Assembly: GCA_043228905.1 (NCBI GenBank)
Contig: JBHGNT010000018.1
Location: 15,066,001-15,130,000 of the forward strand
Origin: Azolla caroliniana
Lineage: Eukaryota > Plantae > Polypodiophyta
DNA: 64,000 bases
Reading direction: 5' to 3'
Of the stretch, positions 51,051 to 61,800 are shown piece after piece (position 1 is the stretch's first letter; each line of letters starts with the position of its first letter). The notes below the pieces were generated by a model. The model saw only the letters and a program-made list of their open reading frames with translations. It did no database searches and had not been told where the DNA came from. Made by a program: the position numbers and the translations under genes.

Positions 51051-52623
51051 ACACCAACCTTCACGGGCCGCACTGTTTCTTCAACTTGTATGCTCGGCTC
51101 CCCTTTTTGGCTTGATTCTCGTTCCTCCGATTGTAAAGGTCGACTCGTCTCCGCATCGTCCTTCTTTTTCATGTTCCTTGTTTCATGTCTTTTAGATGGG
51201 CCTTGCTCTTCTATTCTCTTTCTCTTTTCTTCGACGAACACCTCGTGGTTGTCGCACATCACCTCTGCGAGTATGGTGTTGTCGTCCACCGGATCCGACC
51301 ACCCGGTTATGCTTTGCACGCTTCGGTCCGCAAGCTCTACCTCGTTCGATGTGATTTTTCCCTTCTTCTCATATTCGAGAACGGAAGTCCAAAACTTTGC
51401 TCCCGCTCTAGCAGCTTTAGTCTTGTCTTTCCCGACTCTTATTCCGGCCGTCGCAGCATAGTGCATCGCATCCACATGAGTCGCATCCGCATCCTCCATA
51501 GATCTCTTCATTCCTCCTCTTCCGAAATTCACCCGTAGGGGTCTTCTAGTCTCGCTTGAGCAGATCATGTTGTCCTCTATGTATACGATATTTTGTCGAA
51601 ATGCCTCTCGAAGGCTCGCGCATCCTCCATAGATCTCTTCATTCCTCCTCTTCCGAAATTCACCCGTAGGGGTCTTCTAGTCTCGCTTGAGCAGATCATG
51701 TTGTCCTCTATGTATACGATATTTTGTCGAAATGCCTCTCGAAGGCTCGCACAATCCCTTCTCATGTGGTCCATGCTATCGCACCACACGCATCTAAAGG
51801 GTTCTTTTCCTTTAGGGCCCCGACGATTCATGTTGGCTAGAGTGACCTTCTCGAACTTCTTCGCTAGCTCTTCAATGATGTCGTCATCAATCTTCTTTTC
51901 TTCCACGTTACTTTGTCTTGGCGGCTCGACTACTTTCGGCGGTCTTGCTTTCTCCGTGGTAGTCGGTCCCGTCAAGTCGGTGTCATCAACCCATTGGCGA
52001 CGCTTGTCGAGCCTATTGCATGCCCGCGTCACCGCGATCCAATCCGCTACGAGCCCATTTGCTTGGGTATCATCTTCGACAAGAGTCCCCAACTCCCGTC
52101 TATCCTTTATGTCCACGGCCTTCAAGAAGTACAAAGTCTTGTCCTCTTCAAGCAACACTTGGTCCGTATTGGGGAGACGACTAAACATCTGGCCGAATTC
52201 GTCGTACACCCTCGAGACGCTCATCTTCTTATTCTTCTTCTCTATCCACTTCATCAGGGCATGTCGAGTCATCCTCGTTGAGTCTTCAGTCACGAACTCT
52301 GCTAGTATCGTTTTCTCGAACTCGGACCACGTTGTCTTACCTTCTTGAAGCTCGATGACGCGTCTTTGGATGTTGTTGGCGACAACTCTCTTGAAGCTTG
52401 CGATTTGACGTGCCTCGGACACGTCCCTTTGATTCATCTCCCTTCTATATGCATCAAGGAACTTCGTTACGTTCCTTCCATCGAATTGGCCCTCGAGCTC
52501 TACGACACGATCGACAACCTTCTCCACACTCGCATCGTTGTCCCGAGATCTCATCATTTGCTCGACGATTAGCATCATCCTTTCGAGCTCTCCCGCTTGG
52601 TTGCTTGAGGACGCCATCTCCAA
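51050..52623 (-). pseudogene. Gypsy gag, frameshifted by a 131-bp tandem duplication
   Basis: FDGRNVTKFL...WSEFEK, with CCHC knuckle CVWCDSMDHMRRDC. Duplication at 51488-51618 and 51619-51749. Confidence 0.85.
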
Positions 52624-52658
52624 GTATTAATCTCAACTTGATCCTTCCTACCGCTTCG

Positions 52659-52676
52659 TTCACGTCGGGTTCACCA
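52659..52676 (-). promoter_or_regulatory. Primer-binding site complementary to tRNA-Trp
   Basis: Plus strand TTCACGTCGGGTTCACCA matches the plant cytosolic tRNA-Trp 3' end (from memory), a few nt from the LTR end at 52681. Confidence 0.8.
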
Positions 52677-55600
52677 AAAATGTCGCGAAGATGCGCGTGC
52701 GAGCGTGCTTGGCTTGAGCGGGACCACCGGGGTCTTGGACCATGGAGGATGTCCGTCAAGGTATTGAGATGTGGACGATGTGAATGTAAGATTGGAGGAA
52801 GACCTATTACACTTGAGAAGATTGAAGATTGTACACTTTCAGAAGTAGATAAATAATTACAAGATAGATGCGAAGAAGAAGAAATAGAAGCTTATATTAT
52901 TGATGGTGATGATGATGGTCATATCATATTGAGCCCCCCCTCCTGAGCGGAACCGCCGGGGTTCTGGACCAGAAGGATTTAGAGTCGATACAAGCTTTGG
53001 CGAGAAAGTACTTAAGATAGATTGGGAAAGAGAGAAGTTGAGATTAAATGATTGAGAAAGATTGATTGAACTTTTTATCTTTGGATTTAAGAAACAAGTT
53101 ACACCATCAATTTGATAACGAATTTCTTCTTCTTAATTTCATAATAAAAAAAAACCGTGTTTTTTCTTCTCCCCCTTCCCTCTTTTATAGATGCTCTCAT
53201 GCATATGATGTATGTGAGGGTACAAGACATGCATAAATTGCATGTTTTCCATTTGGCGCTTATGTATTACATGTGGTGCATGATAACCATGTCACTCATT
53301 TTAGTTCTCATGTATGAGAATTTACATGTAAAAGTACAATGATAGAAATATAATTTCAACTAAATAGCATGGCTTAATGGTAAGCCAATTGACTCTTAAC
53401 TTGGAGGTGCAAGGTTCGAATCCTTACTTGCCCTCCTTGTATATGTAAATATGTATATATATTTATATATTTATTTATCTAGTCGCCGGATGCCGTCGGT
53501 TACCGGTGCGTCGCCGCATACCGTTGTCGGATGCCGTCGGATCACCGGCTCCATCGCCGGTCCGGTTTTGGTTGGCCAAAACCCTTTACGAGTAGCTAGC
53601 CCACCTCCACTCTTAGTTCAAGTTACCTTGAACTCTCTATGCTCCACACATAGACACAAAGATAATATCTTTTGCTCCACGTTATATATGATGAGAGCTG
53701 TATTTGTTGTGCCTATGTGGGATATCTCACAATTTTCTCCTTTCCTTTTAAAAACTTTATACCCTCATATCTTGACATTTAGTTGTCCGTTTCTCGTGTA
53801 ATAAAGTGCATTCGAAACCTCCATCATTTTGTTCTTAGATATTAAATTTATTTAAAATGTTATCTTCACAATTATTGTATTATATGATTCATACTCGATT
53901 TCGTACGTTTTATGGGATTTTCACACTATTGCCGAAAATCTTCACGACACCGTGTGTTGTATTGCCTTGCATCATGTGTACATGATCACATGCTTGGCTA
54001 TATTCGAGAGATGAAAAAGCCCAAAGAAGCGTGGGGAAATCTCAAGAAGATCTTGGCGGCCAATACGGTTTTCTGCAAGCTCCAGCTTCGTTAGGAGTTG
54101 AATGACATTCAACAAAGGGACATGTCAATCGGCAGCTACGCCTTGAAGATCAAGGAGTTGTGCGATGCCCTCGGATTCATCAATGTTGGAATTGAGGACG
54201 AAGAAATGATGCAGATATGCCTCAGAGGCTTAGCTCCTCAATTCAGCGCAATAAGGTCTATCGTCCTCGCAAGAGAGAATCCTCCCACCTTTTTCGATCT
54301 CCAGTCAATATTGCTGGTTGAGGAAAATCACGCCCGACAAAGGAGCAACGCACTAGAGGGTTAGATGCTCTACTCTCAGTTGGATGATAGAAGAAATTTC
54401 GGCCATGGAAATAGAGGTCAATTCGGACAAGGCCATCACGATCAGCAGACCGAAGAGCATAACTCCCACCAATGGCAAGCGGACAGGAACAATCCCTGAG
54501 AGTTAGGCAGAAGGGGGAGTCATCACGCCAAACCAACCAATCATGATAACCCAATCAAATGCGGATACTGCAGAAAACTCGGTTACTACGAAGAGGAGTG
54601 CCGAAAGAAGAAGTGAGAGAGTCGTCTTCAACCAGCCTACAGCTCGCAAACTACGCATCGAATTCCGACTACGACAATCGTAGCGGAAGGTTCACGAATT
54701 GCACATCGAATTCCGACTACCACGATTGTAGCGGAATGTTCATGATGAGGCACAAAGTGCACTCAATGGCAGCACAAGGTGAAACAAGCACCACACCCTC
54801 AGAGAATGTATGGTTTATTGACTCGGGAGCATCCAATCACATGACGTCTCATGAAGATTGGTTTTGAGAATTACGAAAACCCGAACGTCCTGGATATGTT
54901 GAGACAGGAGATGACACGACTCATCCAATACAGCATATCGGGAACGTCCCATTCGGAAACGATGGCAAATAAACCTACGTCAAGAACGTATTGCATGTTC
55001 CTACCATCACGAAAAACTTGGTCTCGGTTGGCCAGATTGTTGAACAAGGAATGCAAGTACGATTCAACAATGATGGGTGGTTTATCGAAAGAGGCAATCA
55101 AGTCGTAGCTCACAGCTGTCGTGAAGGCCGTATGTTTGTCCTCGAATTGAACGAGGTAAAATCGGCCATGTTTGCAAAGGGCCTCAAAGTCGAAACCGAC
55201 CTAAACTTGTGGAACAAGAGAATTAGTCACATCAATCTCTAGAAGCTTCAGAACATGCAATCAAAAGGTGCACAACCTCATGAACAGGTGCACAACTTCG
55301 GGAGTACACGATGCAAACCCCCATGAGAAGTTTCTTGGTAAGAAGCCGGAATTATCACATGTTCATATTTTCGGCTCAATCGCTTATGTGCATATTCCTG
55401 ATGATATGCGACAAAAGCTCGACCCAAAGTCAGAGAAATGTATCCTCGTGGGGTACTCACTCGAACAGAAGGGGTACAAATGCTACAGTCCATCCACCTG
55501 AAAAGTTCAAACAAGTCGAGGTGTCGTTTTCGACGAGTCCGCATCCGGGTACACACCAGAGACAACTTCAACTCCGACTCCGCTCGACCTGGAATACGCC

Positions 55601-58600
55601 GAAATAGAGGCAGAAGCCGAAGATCGACTTATGCGCATGTTCGACGAAAGTCCAATCATGACCCGAATAAGTGGGCCACAAGAACCTCTGAGTGATCAAA
55701 GCACATCTTAGTTGAGTCCGAAGTTGGACAAAGGGAAGGCGAAAATGCCGGAGTATGAAGACGATCACTTCAACGGCAATGAATCGACTCACTCCTTGGA
55801 TAGTGTGTTCGAAGGCCTTGACATCCGGACAAATGGAGCGAAGAAAGCCTTAGTATTTGCAAACGAGAAGCTCCACCGATCCACCCGTGAAAAGAACCCC
55901 ATAAGCCGATTCGGCTACAACGATTACATGGCGTATCATTACGCCTTTATGATGAAGGTAGCGTCAATACGGGAGCCAGAAACCCTTTCCGAAGCCGTAA
56001 AGGATCCGCGATGGGTTGATGCGATGAATGAAGAAATGCAAGCCCTATGCAAAAAACGAGAAATGGGATCTCATTCCTCACATTCTGCACAAGAAAGTGA
56101 TTGGTTGCCGATGGATTTACAAAGTGAAACACACTACCGACGGCTCCATAAATCGCTTCAAAGCAGGGCTCGTTGCGAAAGGATACGCACAAACACACGG
56201 AATGGACTACAAAGAGACCTTTGCCCCAGTGGCAAAGTTGATAACTGTGCGAACCGTGGTTGCAATCGTAGCAGCAAAACGGTGGCACCGCCATCAGATG
56301 GACGTGAAGAACGCCTTCCTCCAAGGGGAAATAGAGGAGGAAGTGTACATGATCCAACCACCCAACTTTGAATCGCGCAATCATCTGAATGCCGTGTGTC
56401 GACTCAAGAAGCCACTCTACGGCCTCAAACAAGCACTGCGTGCGTGGCATTCGAAGATCACATAATATCTTCATCAAATCGGATTTCGAATGTCAAAATC
56501 TGATAATTCTCTATACATCCGAAACGAGTCAAATAGCCCAACCGTCATCATCCTATATGTGGATGATTTGTTCATCAGAGGAAAGGAGCTCGCCGAGATT
56601 AACAAGGTCAAATCACTTCTCTCTAGCAGATTCGAAATGAAAGACCTACAGGAGCTCCATTACTTCTTAGGCATCGAAGTAATTTGGACACACCAGTCGG
56701 GATAATGATCTCACAACGACACTACGTCCTCAACTTACTCTACAAGTTCGGCATGACGGAGTGCAAACCTATGTACACCCCGCTTGACCGTAATCTCAAG
56801 ATTGATGTTGATTCCAAAACAGTCGAGTGCGAGCCAACTCAGTATCGCCAATTGATCTGCAACCTCATCTACCTAACCATTACGCGACTAGACCTCAGCT
56901 ATTCAGTCAGCCTACTTAGCCAATTCATGTAGAATCCGCGAAACCTTAATCTTGATTGCACTAAGAGGGTACTTTGGTACGCCAGTGGTACGATGGATTA
57001 CGGCTTCAGATACAGGTCAAATACGATAATTCGACTCGAAGGGTACACAAACGTGGATTGGGCAGGTTATAAAGCAAATAAGCGGTCAACATCAAGATTC
57101 GGCTTCTCCCTCGGCAGTGGAGCAATCTCATGAGGTAGCAAGAAGCAACCGACAGTCGCACTGTCGAGCACGGAGGCCGAATACAAGGGCGCGGCGGTCA
57201 TCGCGTGCGAAGCCGTATGGCTCAAGCGTATAATGAAGGATCTGGGCGTACCCATCAATGATCTGATTCGTCTATACTGTGACAACATGAGCAGTATCTA
57301 CCTGGCGCGGAACCCCGTATTCCACGTGCGGACTAAGCATGTCGAAGTGCACTACCACTTCATCCGCGAATGCGTGTGGAACAGAGATATAGACTTACAC
57401 CACATCAACGCGAATCTACAGGTAGCCGACATTTTGACGAAAACCCTGGGTATCGACAAGCTATGGCAGTTCGCGTTGAACCGTGGCCTATCTATTCCCA
57501 ACCAGCCGAGCTTGAGGGGGAGTACAAAACAATCAACCGATCGATTGATCGAAGCCGAACAAGGAGTATGCAACTGAAAAGCCGAACAATCGAAGTTCGA
57601 AGCATTCCGAAGACCGATTCGAAACAAATTTCGATATCTGGAAGTTGTGTTCGAAGGGGCTTGTTGAGAATCGAACTCAACTTCCCATAGAAATAGGTTT
57701 CACACTAGCTCATGGACATACCAGGCTAGTTTTGTAAATTGTAGAAAGAGCCCTTGCCCTAGTTTAGTTGGTATTTAAACCAACCTTTTGTAACTTTGTT
57801 ACCGTTGGAAGTAATACATAGTTTTCTCATCTTAAGACTCTCTCTCTCTGTGTTTCTCATAAGTGCTCTCTCTCTCTCTCTCACACACACACAAACAGAG
57901 TCCTACTGCTGCATATAATCACTTTCCTTTCTTTACAGATTATAGTACAAACATTCACAAATACAAGTACCGATCATTATCGGTACCACACTCCCTCTCT
58001 TTATGTCCTAGCTCCCAAAACAATATATATGCTTTCTCCTCTTCCCCCTCTTGTTCTAAAACACTCGGCATATATATATCTAGTCCTCTATGCTCGGCAC
58101 TTTACAACCATTCCTCCTTAATACTTGGCTCCCTTTGTTCGGTTGTTAGTGCTTGGCTCCCTTTGACTCATTTCACACAATGCTTGGCTCTCTTTGCTCT
58201 TTTCACACCTTGTCCCACTTGTCCCATCGGGTAACAAAAGGCAACGATATGATAAAGGAGGAGATAAGATGAAGCTTGAGGCAACAGAAAGATGTAACTG
58301 AACTTGTGTATAAGTAGGAACAGTAAAAATAGGGATTTTCTGCAGGTCGCGAACGATGCAGCAGGTAGAAAACGAGTAGGTCGCGGGTGGCGCAAACTGT
58401 GCCACCACAGTGCGAGTTGGTTCCACCACGAGCAGGAGGTCGATGGTGGATCAGACACATGTTCCATATGTGGCTGGACCGTATATGCGTACAAGGGAGT
58501 CCACTGTACCCCCCCAACTTTTGCCTCAGGGTGAAACCATGTGAATGGAAACACTATTATAACTAACATGTAGCAAAAATGACCACAACTAAGTAGTTTT

Positions 58601-58809
58601 TTTATAGCTAAGTTTTAGTGGGAAAATCTTAAACAGACATATAATTTATCATGGGGATGGAAATATTACCATTTATGGTCCACAATTTAGTTGGTCTTTA
58701 TTTGAGATCACATTCTAATAATACCTAAAATTGCCAAAATATGCAAATTACATGTAGCTTTTTGCATAGCTAGTTAGTTATGTCAAGGACACAACTAATT
58801 GTTCACATT

Positions 58810-61800
58810 CCCATGCTTTCACCCCTCATCTATGTGATGAGCAAGTCGACCTTGTGTTGTCGGAGGAGGATAAAATCACAGTTTTTGGAGAGGTACAACG
58901 TTTACAAGTGTTTTCTTTGGTAGTGCAGGTATAAGGTGCAAGATTGAATAGATCAGAGCTTCGACATACTTTGTACGCCGCTTTTTCGGAGGAAACGGAT
59001 AACATTGTCAACATTCAATTCATGTCTCGAGGATGCTACCATGTGGAGTTTGCCAATGAAGAATCTGTCACAAAGCTATTGGCAATTAAGGAGGCAGGAG
59101 TGGAAGGTGCGTGGTTATCTTTTCATAAATGGTCGCATAATATTAAGGTAGATGAGATATTACAGGATCAAGAATCTAGTATGGTTTTTACGGTAATATT
59201 TCCTGGATTGAGGAAGGAATGGAGGAATGTTCTTCCTCGTATTGGGGCTTTGTTTGGTAAGGTTATTGTTATGCGTAACGGACAGGATTATGGAATAGAC
59301 CGAGTGGGTGGGGCCCCTGCAGTTCGGCTAATCTCACCAAGATCTATCCGTTTGCCGACAACTATATCTTTACCCAATCTACTTATAAATAAACCATTGG
59401 TTGTACAAAAGGTATATTATCTAGGTTTGCCTGATCAATGTTTTGTGTGTTGACAGTTTGGGCATTTAGGTTGAGATTGTCAAAAGAGACGCTCGAATGT
59501 CAATGTTGATGTTCATCCAACTACTCGACAAAATGTTAGTAAAGATGGCTGGTCCACAATGTCTACTAAACATGTTTTTAAACCGACTAATAAGATAGTT
59601 AATCCACTGTTACTACTTGAGGCTAATCCTTATCAATCTTTACAGACATTTGAAAAGGAAGCAGGGAGTAGTAAAGTGGATGGTGGTTTGTCCCTCCCAG
59701 TTGGCACAATGGAGCATCAGCTAGAACATAATACAAATAACATACCTTTTAAGGTGCAAACGGTAGAATCTTGTTCTAAGGTTAATAGTCAATTGAGTAA
59801 GGACAAACAATTGGTTTTACATAAAGTACAACAAGATAATAGGTCCATAGTATTGAATGAGCTTACAACAAAGGAAGTGGTCAAGGTAGACATATCACAT
59901 ACGGATATGGATTGTGGCAATATAGCGGTTTCTATAGCAGATAAACATTTGCCAGTGCGTGCCCATAAGTTGTCCGGAAAAGACATTTGGTCAAATAGGA
60001 GACAATTAAGGGCCATGGAGGATGGAAGGGAAGGTAGAGAAGGTGCACTAGCCGAAAGGAGAGTAGGAGGGCAAAACATGAATGATGAATAGGTTAAATC
60101 TTATTTCATGGAATGTAAGGGGCTTAAGAGGTAGACATTGTTGTAAGGTAAGGAGTGTTTTCCGCCATCATCTAATGAAATCTTTGATAGGTAGGATTGA
60201 TGTTCTTCTTATTCAAGAGTATCATTTAAATGAACAAAGAATTAAAAAATATTGAAATTTGTTACCAGGCCAGTGGAAACAATTCTGGGTGCCTGCAACT
60301 GGGGATAATAGTTTGAAAGCAAGTCTTTGCATAGCAATAAACGATATTTGGTGGTCTGCTTTCTCACATTACGGAGTTTTGGCTTGTGGTAGAGGACATT
60401 ATATAATTCTTCAAATTAGTTTAAAGAAGTGGGGTTTATTGAATATTTATGCACCGAATCATGCAAGAGATAGAATGGCATTTTGGAAGAGCATAATGCC
60501 ATAGTTACCAGCTGTTGAACATTGGGCAATTGCGGGTGACTTTAATATGTTGGAGGATGGGTGTGATAGGTTAGGAGGCACATTTCAACCATTATTTGGT
60601 TCAAAATTATATGAATGGGAACATTTGATCTTCTCTTTAGGTTTAATGGACTTGTGACATGTGTCTTCCTTTGAACGCATGCAAGATTCCTTAGCTTATT
60701 CACGTTTGGATAGAAAACAATCACATACCAATTTGTGTAGGTTAGATAGATTTTATGCAGATAAATTTTTGTGGGACAAAGGAGGTTCAATTGGAATTTT
60801 ACCTTCATTTTCCTTTTCTGATCATGAATCACTTCGTTTAGTTATAGTCTTGCAGGAGCAACATAGAAATTCTAGGTTTAGAATCCCGAATCATGTGTTT
60901 CTTAGCCAAGATTGTGTTCTTAGTGTGCATAATATCTGGAACAAATATGACTATTCATATGATTATGCACTAGCTAGTGTTCAAAAGGCTATTAGTGAAA
61001 CACAACAATTTTTTCACTGTAAAGCTAAACAAGTATTTTATGAGTCTTGTACTAAAATAGGAAAACTTCGTAGAACATCTGCAAGAGAGAAGACCATATT
61101 CAAGGTATATAAATTCCCGAGTGATACAAGTAGGGAACCAGATATTGGAATTACAAAAGATTTCAGTAGATTTTAATTATCATAATATATCGTCTACATG
61201 GGCAGAGTCGGGAGATAAAGTAAATAAACTGTTTTTTGCAGTGCATAATCGTCATAAGACAATTGTTAGGATTTCTCGGTTAAAATGTCAGGACGGCTCT
61301 TATACCATAGATTGTAGTCAGATGAGGCAAATAGCCTCAGATTATTATGAGACTTTGTTGAAAGCTAGATCATTTTCTACGGATGATTTGATTAAAAGGG
61401 ACATCATATGGTCAAAGATTCATAAGAGGGTATCTGTACAACTGATAGATTGTCTTTTACAACCGCTAAATTCTCAAGAGGTTCTTAAAGCTACTAACGC
61501 CCTTGCAAAAGATGTTTGTCCGGGCTTGGATGGGTTGGGAGTCTAGTGGTATATCCAATATTGGGATTTGATAGGTGATGGATTGACCAAAGCCTACCAA
61601 AAGATATTAGATTCGGGAAATATGCCACAAGAATGGAAGACGGGTTTAATTTATATGATCCCTAAATCAAGTGGACAACTAGAAGAGCTTCAACATTGGA
61701 GACCAATTACCTTGTTGAATGTTATTTATAAAATATTAGCAAAAACATTAGCTAGAAGGCTACAACCTTATTTGTCGGAACTGATTCATGATTCTCAGAC

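Larger units (their letters stand above)
47517..53949 (-). mobile_element. Ty3/Gypsy-derived, RT-less element with two LTR types in an inverted/chimeric arrangement
   Basis: Termini TGTCGTGA...TCACGACA; 4-bp TSD CCGT at 47513-47516 and 53950-53953. Layout: LTR-A(+) 47517-48181; LTR-B(-) 48200-49253; PPT 49254-49270; IN/RH/gag on minus; PBS; A-RU5(-) 52681-52940 fused to B(-) 52944-53949. Confidence 0.88.
46942..57937 (+). mobile_element. Degenerate Ty1/Copia element (related to 38911-43075) hosting a Gypsy-derived insertion
   Basis: LTRs at 46942-47225 and 57662-57937; TSD GAGTA/GATTA (1 mismatch); PBS-iMet 47226-47237. Gag reconstructs as AASRVLYC across the insertion. PR FIDSGAS, RT QMDVKNAF and LYVDD, RH TKHVEVHYHFIRE. 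The integrase core is deleted near 55267. Confidence 0.92.

Noticed and set aside
51593-52348. 251-aa plus-strand ORF (and similar antisense ORFs in the Copias)
   Set aside because: Antisense shadow of gag/pol with no recognisable motifs.
47517-53949. DIRS/tyrosine-recombinase element (because of the inverted repeats)
   Set aside because: It encodes a DDE integrase and has a tRNA PBS, a PPT and a TSD. No tyrosine recombinase motifs were seen.
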